A stretch of DNA of 62,599 nucleotides, the filler included, from Hausera hauseri (lineage: Eukaryota): NCBI GenBank assembly GCA_046269625.1. It is 13 parts of 13 records of this genome, joined end to end, with 100 filler letters (N's around TTAATTAATTAA, not from the genome) between each part and the next. Parts side by side here need not be neighbours in the genome. Positions count along the whole stretch, not along the records: positions 10,091 to 14,464 come from JBJURY010611222.1; positions 14,565 to 21,788 come from JBJURY010029671.1; 11 more parts are not named here. One strand, given 5' to 3'. Below the pieces are notes generated by a model, which ran no database searches, was not told the DNA's origin, and saw only the letters and a program-made list of their open reading frames with translations. Below, in pieces: positions 10,262-21,788 of this stretch. Every line of letters begins with the position of its first letter. The first letter of the stretch is position 1. A program made the position numbers and the translations under genes.

Positions 10262-12715
10262 ATGAAGAATGGACCTTGTGTAACCGCGGAGCCAGATATC
10301 GTAATTACAGAGTATACGAAATTCAAGTATATAATATTTGATGGAAATAATAGTACACACTGTGAACCAAGCTATCAAAACCCTTATAAATGCTGTCCTA
10401 TCGTTTTTGATAAACTGTACACTATATATTATTGGACCACGTATAACGGCTATACATGGTCAAAAACAGCAGATGGTCCAGAGATAATAGTCAGATCTCC
10501 GGTAAAGGTAACTTCCACTTCGATAAAGAGAACAACTACCTCGGTAACACAATCAAGCATACCAACTAAATTACAAAAAACAGTAACTACTCCAATGATG
10601 GAATCCCAAAAGGATATTAAAGAATTGGATATAATTATCCAACCAACAAGTCATTCATTAGTTATTACAGTGCCCGACCTGAAGAATACAAACATGAAAT
10701 TTGAGTGTCATCTCAACCACAGAGTGATTAGTGAAGGAGTTTTAACTCCTGAGGAACCGACATCTGCCTGTATGTTTTTGAGAGCCGATACAAATTATAA
10801 AGTCGTCATAACAGAACTAGATGACGAAGGAGAAAAGTTACGAACAGTTTTCCGTACAGAAAAGACTTTAAAACAGATAATAACTACTCCTAGAATAATA
10901 CTAAAAACAACTACACAAAAACCAGAACAAACCTCGAATAAATATTTTTGGATAATCAGTTTATTATGTGTCTTTTTAATATTACTAGCTATACTTTTAC
11001 CTTTAGTAATTTGCTGTTCGACAATAAGACGACGACAAAGAAGAATAAGGGAAATGTTAGATCAATTAAGAATTTTAAGGGAAGACTCCCAGGTATCGTT
11101 ACAAGATATAAGCGCGCCCTTTTTAGAAAATCAACGGCAAGTTGAAAGACTTACCGATCAAGAGCGGCAAACCCGACCGTTGAAAGACACAACCGTATGT
11201 CTCTGTATACAAATCCAGGATCAGGCCGCAAAATTCCTAGCGACCTATATAAAAAACAGACAATCAAAATGTGATAATATTCCTTTTTCTAAAACCGCTT
11301 GGCTAATATTAATATCTTTATTTTTAGTCCAAGAAGGTGCTGAAAGAACCGAAAGACCCAACTCATTTTACAATCACATCCTATCTAATTTATGGGCTAC
11401 CTCCAATAGAGACTACTGCTACTACGGAAAAGCCGCCTTCATTCCCAACAACCTTAAAGGTTATTCAGTCCAGCAAAGAAGTAGCCTCATAATTAAAGTC
11501 CGACAGAGCTCAACTAATCTCTCTGACTTAATTGATACTTCCGGACGCACTTATGCCATATATATCTCCGTGGCCAAAGGAATTATTCAGCTCAAAAGCA
11601 AGTCGCATTCGAATGGAATTACAGACGTAATGGAGATCTTAACCCGTGTAACAGTTCGCTTGGACCCTCGATTGTACGCTAATGCTACGATCACCCTACG
11701 GACATGTCAAGAAATATTTCCAATAATTTACCTCGAGGTCATAAAGAAAGATTTAATACCACGTGTGGACTACCAGATCCCTAAATACATTACTCCCAAA
11801 CCGAAAGAAATTGATGTAGAACAAGGATTATCATTTGCGAGAAAGTCAATAACATCAAAAGAAGAAATGTTAATCATGGCCGTAAATTCTATATACCTAT
11901 TCACCCCTATCAGAAATACTGAAATGACCACGGTAGAAGTAACCTTGATGAATCTAGATGGCGGAATCGTTTTGGATGAAATTTTATGCCCTAGAGAAAA
12001 GATCGATAATTATAACAGCCACGTAACCGGACTGAAAGAAGATCATATTATTGGAAAAAAGGACTCGTACCACGAGGAACCCTTCATAAGGAAAATGATC
12101 GTCGGAAAAGTAATCATAGGCATTGATGTTTATCACATCCTTGCAACTACCTTCAGATATGATTACAATAATCTATTGGGAATTAGAGAATTGTTATACC
12201 ATGACAGTATCAATCCCCAAAGAGTATATACGGCCAAACAGATTCTTACCCAGTACAATGGTAACATATACCCTCAAAGAACAAGAGAGAAAGCGGCAAC
12301 AATATTAAAAATTTACAATTCTATTCCGGAGTACAAAAATGAACAATTCCAAGTCCCGATGGATATACAAGAATCTCCAGATACCCAATCAATTGCCACC
12401 TGCTCGACATCCACCCAATTTGCCGGTGATCAAGCATCGACTTTTATAAAAGACTGTTATATTAATCTAAACCCAATAACGGCAGCCAGTTCTACAGAAT
12501 CAATCGTCGTTGACCTAACCAAAGCTCCGAAAAAGAAAAAGAAAGTCCCGAAGACGGAGACAATCACCTTGAAGAAACAAATAAAAAAGAAAGGAAGACT
12601 ACTCCATATCAAGTCTGTCGATTATCAGGATTCTAATGGCGTTATTGAAGCCTATCCTCTGATGCTGCGGACAGCATCATCTAAGGAGGGAAATGTCCAA
12701 GCAGACCGGAAATGA
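10262..12715 (+). CDS. Retroelement 3' ORF (5'-incomplete): Cys/Thr-rich ectodomain with FN3-like stretch, TM helix, cytoplasmic region with REX4/ISG20-like exonuclease fold
   Basis: 817-aa open frame. TM YFWIISLLCVFLILLAILLPLVICC at about 10943-11017. VEVTLMNLDGGIVLDEILCPREKIDNYNSHVTGL...GKVIIGID at about 11861-12320 matches the DEDDh scaffold. The ORF ends across a PPT/TGT junction. Confidence 0.7.
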   Translation: MKNGPCVTAEPDIVITEYTKFKYIIFDGNNSTHCEPSYQNPYKCCPIVFDKLYTIYYWTTYNGYTWSKTADGPEIIVRSPVKVTSTSIKRTTTSVTQSSIPTKLQKTVTTPMMESQKDIKELDIIIQPTSHSLVITVPDLKNTNMKFECHLNHRVISEGVLTPEEPTSACMFLRADTNYKVVITELDDEGEKLRTVFRTEKTLKQIITTPRIILKTTTQKPEQTSNKYFWIISLLCVFLILLAILLPLVICCSTIRRRQRRIREMLDQLRILREDSQVSLQDISAPFLENQRQVERLTDQERQTRPLKDTTVCLCIQIQDQAAKFLATYIKNRQSKCDNIPFSKTAWLILISLFLVQEGAERTERPNSFYNHILSNLWATSNRDYCYYGKAAFIPNNLKGYSVQQRSSLIIKVRQSSTNLSDLIDTSGRTYAIYISVAKGIIQLKSKSHSNGITDVMEILTRVTVRLDPRLYANATITLRTCQEIFPIIYLEVIKKDLIPRVDYQIPKYITPKPKEIDVEQGLSFARKSITSKEEMLIMAVNSIYLFTPIRNTEMTTVEVTLMNLDGGIVLDEILCPREKIDNYNSHVTGLKEDHIIGKKDSYHEEPFIRKMIVGKVIIGIDVYHILATTFRYDYNNLLGIRELLYHDSINPQRVYTAKQILTQYNGNIYPQRTREKAATILKIYNSIPEYKNEQFQVPMDIQESPDTQSIATCSTSTQFAGDQASTFIKDCYINLNPITAASSTESIVVDLTKAPKKKKKVPKTETITLKKQIKKKGRLLHIKSVDYQDSNGVIEAYPLMLRTASSKEGNVQADRK

Positions 12716-14464
12716 ATCCGAGACTAAAAGAGAATTACAAAGCAAATAAAAGAAACAATTACCTAAATTTGATTTTTGACCCAAATGAATTGCAAAATAA
12801 ATAAAAACAAGTATCTCAGAACTTGATCTTTCATTTCCCCTGTAATCATAAAAATGATTTTTGTTTTTTTTTAAATTGTGCTAAATGATTTTTATTTATT
12901 ATGTAAACTTCCTCCGTTGAATAATGACTATATATACCGATGTGAATTGCATTGTAAAAACAACATTCTTTGACACGAATCCTTTGACCGATCCATTATG
13001 AGTATTGTCTATGATAATTGTGAGTATGTCATTTTATTACTTTGTTATCTATTTTGATTGTCATTCTTAAAGATTATAGTATTTATCCTTATTAAAAATT
13101 TCTTATTTTGATTGTTTTTATTTCGTTGATTTATATTAGTAGTTTAAATAAAATACCGTATATCAATAGTTAAAATTCTGATAAAATTACAAGCACCCTT
13201 TTGGTATACCTTCCTTTAATACAGGTCGGTTGTTAAAATTACTATAAATAAAGGGGAGTGACGTCGGTATACCTCCCGATCGAACTCACACACTAAGGGC
13301 AAGTAAATAAACCTGATTCTTTAACCTCGGCAGACCCATAGGCTGCCGAATACCTTGATTAATTAATTACAACTTGGGACAAGGAGAGGGCCCAAGTTGA
13401 GAAAAGATAGTATAAGTTTGAGGTCTTGAGACCAACTAACTCTTACACCTTTTAAACTTATCAAAATGAATTATTGCAAGTCAATTATCCATCAGATTTC
13501 TAAAATATTCAAGCCCATGAAATGCAACTTCGTCCGCATTGAAAGGTTAACCTTCGGATTCAAATCAGTCGAAGATTTTAATAAGGCAATATCTACTTAT
13601 TCGGAAACTGACAAACGAGCTTCATTCTAAACCACATTTGAGACCATTCCTCAACAAGATGTTGTTATTTGGGAAACTTTCAAATAATTTTGGGCTTAGT
13701 TTTTGTTACCTTCTTTGTACATTAATTTGAAATAAACCACTACAAATAAAGCATTAGGCAGTGCAGAACAATTACGCTGCGCCTACTTAGCTAAAAATAA
13801 TTAAATAATAAAATTGAATAATTCTTTCTTGTTTCGAGTATACATTTGTTATAAAAGGCCGAAAATCATAAGTGAATGTGCAAATTGTAAATAGAATCGA
13901 AGGTGAAATCAAATATCAAAATATTACTAGAAACTAAAAAAGAAAAATTATTATTAATTTTGGATGATTAATGGGCTTATGCCTACAATTTGAAATAATT
14001 GTATCTCCGAAAAATTGTTTACCAATACGCCCACAATTGTGAATAATTGGGCAGAAACCGAAAGAAATTGTTCGAAAATTATTTGTTAACCATTCGCCCC
14101 CAATTTTGCATACAACCATTTTAATATATAAGGCGGCTCAGAATTAGTTGAAAGAACGAGATTTTAAGTCTGAAAATTTCATTGATTGAGCCATCAGAGA
14201 AGCTCAAGGAGCTTTGAAAACTTGAATAGTGTTGATTTTGGACTCGCAACGCTCACAGTGAGCAATCAAATAAATCCAGTTTGGAAGTTGACGCATCCGA
14301 AAACTCGAAGCAATTATTTATTCTTTGACGACTGTATTTTAAAATCGTCTTTATAGTTGTTTGTTGCGCCCTTAGAGGGACTTGAGTAACATTCAGGATT
14401 AAAATGGAGAGTAAAATTTATAGTTAAGTCGAGACTTATTGAACATTTGCACAGGATTTTCACG
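12683..14464 (+). repeat. Polypurine tract (12683-12693) followed by TGT: putative 3' LTR start and long non-coding region
   Basis: AAGGAGGGAAA|TGTCCAAG at the end of the long ORF; LTR 3' boundary not determinable. Confidence 0.5.
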
Positions 14465-14564
14465 NNNNNNNNNNNNNNNNNNNNNNNNNNNNNNNNNNNN
14501 NNNNNNNNTTAATTAATTAANNNNNNNNNNNNNNNNNNNNNNNNNNNNNNNNNNNNNNNNNNNN

Positions 14565-17500
14565 GCACTCGACCAGACTGTACTCTTGGTAGTGTATTGT
14601 TGTTTATTATATTCGGATCTAATGTGTCCTTTGGTTCAAAGTATACTGGTGGATGGTCATCTTGCTGTATTTGGGCATAAATTATCATTTCTGTTCTTGA
14701 TGGAATGTTTTCGTCCACCGGTATCCATACCTCTCCAAATTTTCTTTCTGTGGCGTTTTTTATGCCTTTATTTAGTCCGATTTTATCAGCTTCCCCGTTT
14801 GTAAGTCAATCACTATATTCAGTAGTCTTTTCAGTAGATCACATCCTAAGACCATGTCGTCGGTTAATTGTTCCATAATTGCAAATTCATGATGAAAATT
14901 TTGTCCAACTATTTGGATTTCTAAGTTCCATTTAAACATAGGTTTCGAAATTTGACCAAAAACTACCGTGCTTCCCCGATCCTTTGTGGATGTCGGATAT
15001 AACTGTCCCCTTAACGAATGCGGTATCGATTCATTCTTAATGTAAGACATTTCGGATCCTGTATCGATTAAGGCAGAAACTTCCCAATCTTCAATGATGA
15101 TTTTGGGAGAGGGTCTTCCTTCTATTACTGTTCCGAAACAGTTTAACGCATCTTTTGAGCGTTTAGTGCTTGATATTTTATGTCCGTTGATTCGGATTTC
15201 GGGAGAGAATACTATATTTTCCGACAATCGTCTTAATTCTCGGTTTGATTGTTAGTGTGTAGTTCGGTGTTCTGAAAGGTTTTAAACCTTGGATTGTCCC
15301 AAACCGTTGATCTAGTTTCTATATTCCGAGGTTCTCTTGGAGAATACAACATCTTGAAACCATCTGTGGATTGTCGGTAACGCATTTTCCGTAGGATCCC
15401 GTAACGTTTCGTTCCTTCATAAGGGTCTTCTACATTAATTGTTCTTTTATTGATTTCCGTCTGATATGAACTCATTGATAGTTTGTCACAGTCTTTATAA
15501 ACTAGAGCAATAAAAGGTAGCATAGAAAATGGTGCTTTAATGACAGAATACGCTTTATGTCTGCTTATCCCTGAAAGTACTTATCCTCCTTCAGGATCGT
15601 CATCATTTGAATTATTTCTCCGTGTATTAGATTTTGTAAATTTCCGCTTTCGCAAGAATATAGGCCTTTCTTTTTGTTTATGATTATAGTAACCGACATG
15701 GCGTTCCACGTCCGATTTCCATCTATTTTCTTTGTATGCTTTTAAGAATTTTCCAAAGGGCGTTATGATTGCAGTCAGTATTTTACATGAAAATCCAGTC
15801 AATGTAAATATTTCATACCCATTAATTACTCCTTGGATGACCGCCTTAATTATTTGTATCAGAAATATATCGCTAAGTATCCGGATGCGGCTTGTCCAAA
15901 AATCAAAAATCTTCCCCAAATTTTATAAAGTATTTCTGTGGTTACTCGTTGATAATGGTTTACGTTGAGTAAAGATTCCCATTTAGCCTGATATCGTGTA
16001 TCGCCTACTACTGAGGCTATGGCTCGTTTTAATTCATGTGTTTGTTGTCGCGGGAAAGCGAGGAATTGTCCGAAAGCTTCAATTTCCTTAGGCCTGTATA
16101 TGCCTTTCGACAAGGTATTTTGAAATTTATCGTCCGTAATTCCTTTCGAAGGATTCATTATTGTTAATTTATTTGGGGCGGTTGTAATAACTCCATTTGG
16201 CAAACTAACCCAGTCTGTTTAAGTACGTCTAAACATGGGTTCTCCCAAGCTTGCCTTACAATATTTAAGAATGGTTGGTTGGATTAAATTATCCAATAAC
16301 ACGCTCGTCAACAGTGTAGCTAACCTTGGCGTATTCTGATAAATAACAGTAAGTTCCCGAATACAGCGTTTTTCTTCCACATTGATGGGTACATCTCTCT
16401 TTTCACATTCGTAAGTTAACAGTAATTCACCCGTGACTCGACCGAAAATTCCTTCTCTCATATGGATTATTGGAGAAGCCAACTCTGGGTTGGCATTTAT
16501 GAGGACCAATTTCTTCCTCATGACCTCGGTGTCTAATTTACAGTCACTCGTTATCAATTTGTGATATAATTCCGTTATTCCGATTGTCCTTTATAGTAAA
16601 ATTAATCGTCTCTGTTTTTCAAGTAGTCCTGAATCCGGATATACTGTGTTTCCAATTTATAGGTTTTCGCATTTATCTCGGTTTCGGCTATGAAGAACGC
16701 CTCATAGTTAGTAGCGAACATTACTACGTCACAACGGGAACTCATCTCCTTTTTAATAAAATTTAGTCCATGATGACCCGAGATTTATATAGTGGGTGTA
16801 GGTTGTTCCGATACGTCTTCATGTGTCCTTGAGTTGGTATCAGATTTATTCACCTATCGCTTTCCGGTAGTTTCATTAAACTTCAGTTCGTTAATTTTAA
16901 TAAAATTACAACTTCTTTTAGATTGAGGTTCCCACATTATAACAGAACTTCTAAAATCGCAGGTTCCATCTTGCAAATGACACTTTTGATTCTCGGTGTA
17001 TAACTTGGTGACACTATGAAACATTACTTTCTGTGACCGCATCTCCGATTCATAGAAATCCACGACTACCACGTTTGTTTGCAACCCTTTTCCGGTGTCG
17101 TATTCCGCTCCGTAACAATGTCCGCTATGCATATCCAATATTCCGACCACTACTTTGTATGTTCTAATTATCTTTCCTAGTTGCATTTCTAATTGCATAC
17201 TGTCCCATTGTATCCTCCCAGTCTCCTTGGCTTGTTTGCAGTGTTGGCGTTCTAAATTCATTGGAATTAGAGGAATTGTTGGTTTGATTATAGAGGAACG
17301 TCCGTGTACCAACCCACAATGAAAAATGCTACGAGATCGCCTCAGCATACATTCCATTCCATTTAACGATATCAATTCTTGTTGTTGATACAGGAGGTAA
17401 TTTTTCTCTCTTGTCTCCAACTTGTGCGGTCTGGCATCTTCGCACACTTCCAAATCCATTAAGGAATATCTCTGCCCTAGTTTAAACTTATCGCAGTCGT

Positions 17501-19950
17501 AAACGGTAACAGCGCTAATGTGCTTTATTAGCATCATCAAGGTGAGTAGGCTGATTAACCAGTTTGATTCATTTTTCCGGTAGCCAATATCCGCCGTTGT
17601 CAAATTACGTAACATATCGTCGAGTTTATTACTGGTTCGTCTGTCTTCTTCCTTGTCAAATAGTCTTGAGCAATTTACGTCGCAGAACAATCTTCTTCCG
17701 TGTCAAATAGTCTTGAGCAATTTACTTTGCATGGCAATCTTCTCGCCGCTTTTCGTGCCAAGCTTATAGCTCTATTGATTCAATTCTCTCGATTAGGGTT
17801 TATTTTAATAGCTAAGTATAGTAATACTTTTCTCAATTCCTCATTGGTGTTCTCTACCATGACCTTTTCGATTACCGATTCATCGGTTAAGTTACTTTTC
17901 GATAGTTTAAAACGTGAACTTCTCACGATTCTAACTGCATTGAATATACCTTCTCTTTATCATCTAGTGTGTCATCTCGAAGTCTCAAATAATTTACAAT
18001 TCGTATTAAATTCTTCATAAACTCGCTTAATTCTTCATTATCTGCGCTGAAAGTCGGAATTGACATTTGTCTCAATTCTCTTATCATCTCTCCATTATAA
18101 TAGACTTCTTCTCGCGTCTTCTTTGGCCTACCGACTGGATGTTTCTGTTTTGGAACATTAACTATCGTTTCACTTAGTGGTACTAAATTCTTGTCGTATT
18201 GCTCCCTGTCTTCATCCATTTGTAAATACTCGAAATACATTGCGGCGTCTCGGACTCCCATGATTTGTCCTACGCATTGTTCTGCATTAGCCCTACGCGT
18301 GGCTTCTTTTCTAGTTCGTTCATTGGCTATTATTACTACTACCCGATTTGTTTCGTCTGGAATAATTCCGACGTCTATTAACTGTTCTAAATCGTCTAGT
18401 ATTCTACCTCTAAAATAAAGTCTAATTTAGCTCGTTTGTTCCGCCATTATTATTTAACCATTCTCTTACGTCCCTTACATAAAAATAGATAGTTAACTCA
18501 CATTCATTTTCGTCCATCCACTCGAATGATATCATTACTTTCATCGTTACTTCAGGTCTAGCCCCCAAAATTTTCGCGTATTTCTTTATCAAAAGTTTCG
18601 GCACCGTACTATAAATTGTACTTTCACTATATAATTTAGTTAAGGTCGGAATAAGTTGTCTTAACTTACTTTCAGTAATGTTTACGTTAATTAGCTCAAT
18701 TAAATCCCTTTCAGTTAGCACTGAATCCAAGAGCATCTCCACATTGAATCAACTGTTCTGCGGACATGTTTCAATCTCATTTAATTGCACTGTAGTCACG
18801 GGTTTTTCGGCAATTACCGCATCTAAGTATGCATACCATTCCGGTTCATCTCCAACATCTTGAAGTCCATAGCCTATTAAGGCCGTATTCGTTTTTTGTA
18901 AATTTTCGCGAATTTCTTCCAATCTTGGTTGTATTTCCTTCATCTGCGTAATTCGGAAACTTATTCCATTTCCACAGACATACTGAATCATTTTCAGTAA
19001 TTTACCTAATTCACTAGAATTGATAAATCCCTTTTGGTGATAATCAGTTAGTTCGATAATTACATTTCTTTTCCATCTTTGTACAAACTCTCGCTTGCTT
19101 TTAATTTCTGATTCGATAAAAGCATACTTGTTTCGGTAAATTTCGAGTTCTTTCGCTAGTTCATCTAACCTTGTTGCCTTTTGCTTTGTTCTGATGCATG
19201 TTTCTTCTACTTTCTGTAACTTGGGCATCAATAGCCTCGTCTTCTGATCATTAATTTCCTCCATTTCTACCAATAAGTAACCTAACCCATACATCTCATT
19301 TATGACTTCTTAGTCGGGATCCATTGCATCTAACAATTTCTTTGCGAACTTAGATTCCTGAAAACTAAGATATTGCTCATCTCTTATGTTTGTCAACTCG
19401 GTATGGAAATTCTGATCCGATCCGGCCTTCCACTCTTGTGATTTATGCAAGAATTTTATTGCGTCCGTTAAAGCGACTCGATGTTCCGGACAAATGTCTA
19501 TGGTTGCAATATCTTGGACAGAGATCTCATCGATAGGTCTATCTGTTTAATGCTGAATTCCTTCTAGTCGGACATTTCTTAATCTTGGGTAAAACGTACA
19601 AGTCATATTTCGCTTTTCTGTAAAATTCGTCTCTTCGATCATTTTATAGATCTCCTCCAGTATCGTTGCTTCTTGTTTCTTTTTCATAAAATTTAGCCGT
19701 CGTAATGCTTCAAATTGAATTCGGATATCTATTTCTGCCTTTATTTTGTCTAAATTACGTGCGCTTCCTTCTAAGTGTTTCTTTATAGAGGGTCCACTCT
19801 CTGGAAATTCTTTCTTACGGTTTTCCACTAATTTACTTAATCGCGTTACTAATTCGGACCATTCCGATAATTGATTGACGATTAGTGGCTTTGCCATTAT
19901 AGCCTTATCTAGCATCTTATGTGTATCTTTTAACTCATCTTTGATCTAAT
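14565..19950 (-). mobile_element. Large Gypsy family copy: ORF1 (coiled-coil, UBL) - chuvirus-like glycoprotein - aspartic protease
   Basis: Collinear broken ORFs from 19915 to 14565; protease ALIDTGSEMSY and MVLGCDLL in ORF 14772-15227. Confidence 0.85.
15740..17565 (-). pseudogene. Chuvirus-type (class III-like) envelope glycoprotein, disrupted
   Basis: Signal WLISLLTLMMLIKHISA|VTVYDC..YSLMDLEVC; LLYQ..ECML.RSIFHCG; C.GAEY.....NVVV; C...DGTC; GRVTGE.LLTYEC; C..EL.V; GIY...F..FP; C-terminal hydrophobic anchor. Confidence 0.8.
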
Positions 19951-21029
19951 AGAGAATATATATCCATTTGGTAGATAACGAAGGAACAAAGAAATAACTG
20001 ATTGATTGTTTTTATTTTCTTTTAGCTAATTCAAACTATTAATCTATAATACAATCTTACAATAATCTATATACAATGTTATCTGTTCAAACAAAATGTC
20101 TCTTCATTAAACATCTTTCTGCTGTACTGAGACTGTTCATCAACGGCAATACCAAAAGAAGGAGCAGTGTCGGATAACTGGCCGAATAGATTTTGTACTT
20201 CAGGAGGAATCATTTGATTCGAATTTTCTATTCGGTTTGATGTGATAAATCGATTCAAACAATCGGGGAACGACGAGTAATAAGGACAGGGAAATTGAAC
20301 ATTGATGAGCAACTGTCCCGTAAAAAAGAAACCGAGTTTCTGAGCATTTCATTGTACTGCCATTATCTAAATTTTTGCATGAGATTCGATAGTATTCTTC
20401 TGACTGCTAGGAGACAACATTAAAAAAGTGTGAAATAATGTCATTTTTTATTAACAAAAATATAATTTGCTAGGTCACTCTGTCTGGTTGGAATACAAAT
20501 GACTGACGTCTGGCACGTCAAAATGTGATGGATCTGTTAATGGTGATGATATGTTGGAGATTTGGTTCATAATTGTGAGTAATGACTTTTTGATACGTAG
20601 GATCGCATGTCTGACATACGGACGTTGGTGCCAGCACTCCGGCGAGAAACCGAGCTGTGCCAGCGACCATGGCACCACATCACTGCCCCGTGTAGAAAAC
20701 AGACTATGTAAAAGTGAAACAGAATGATGAAGATAATATAGATGAGAGCAAGTGAGTTGTGAAAAAGGAGCAATGTTTGATGCCTATTCGGTTTTGGTAT
20801 GAGTTAAACGTTGTGTGCCATCAATAAACCTTTCTCTGCTGTATGTATTGAATGTCACTCTACGTACCTTTCTCGATGGATTAGCGCTGGGCTGTTGTGT
20901 AATATTTTGTGATGGGGGTGATAGCGAAGATGAGTCAAGCAAGAAAGGAGATGAAGGTTGTGAGCATGATGACGGAGAGTGAAGTGAAATGGATGGAGGA
21001 AATGATAATGATTGAGTGTAGTCGAGTAG

Positions 21030-21788
21030 TTATTGCTGCAATGGCGCAAAATCGTTTAGAAAGTCAGTAGAATTGCTAGCTGAGTCTGAATTAAGTGTAG
21101 AATTGTTATCTAGAATGTCGTCAATGAAAAAGACAGGCTTCAGATTCGAAATGTGGACGTTATAAGGTTTATCTTGCCGTAAGATTGTTGCCGCGTGAGA
21201 TGAAAGATTCAGCAGTTTGTATGGGCCAGCACATTGAGGTCTAAAACCAGAAGGAGATTGATCTTTTAAACACGTAAACTTGGCGGCGTATAAATCCTTT
21301 GGAATGTAGGATTTGTTGTTATTAAAGATGCGGCAGAATGAATCTGAGCTGACCTCGACGAAGTGAGATTGTGCCGCACGAATGTTTTCGTCTGCAGGAT
21401 TGTGGTCGAGATGCGAAAGCTCAAATAAGGCCAAAATTGAAGTCCCAAAGAGTGCTTCGGCTGGAGCGCAACCGGTAGTGGTCGAAGGTGTGTTTCGACA
21501 ACCTAGTAGAACAAATGGTAGAATGGACGTCCAATTACGATTAATATCAGCCAACATTTTTAATGAGACCTTCATTGTATGATGGAACCTTTCAAGAAGG
21601 CCGTTTGCTTGAGGATGATATGGTATTGTATGAAAATTGGATATCCCCAAGCGTTTGACAAGTGATTTGAAAAGCTCAGACTCAAATTGTGGACCCTGGT
21701 CCGTTATTATATAACGTGGGGAACCAAAGCGACTGATCCAGATTTTTATGAAGGCGTCAGCAACTGAATCAGTGTTTGTTGAACGAAG
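21030..21788 (-). mobile_element. Ty3/Gypsy integrase core remnant (different family)
   Basis: WISRFGSPRYIITDQGPQFES; TIPYHPQANGLLERFH; GPY motif. Confidence 0.85.

Noticed and set aside
13253-13356. HDV-like ribozyme
   Set aside because: A P4-like hairpin and CGAA are present, but P1 and P3 pairings cannot be formed
17640-17730. Short direct repeat as a regulatory or CRISPR-like feature
   Set aside because: A ~47-bp tandem duplication unique to this decayed copy (absent near 61100) that merely frameshifts the ORF
20481-20858. Solo LTR (TGT...CA with AATAAA)
   Set aside because: No matching TSD, PBS or second copy in the window; left uncalled
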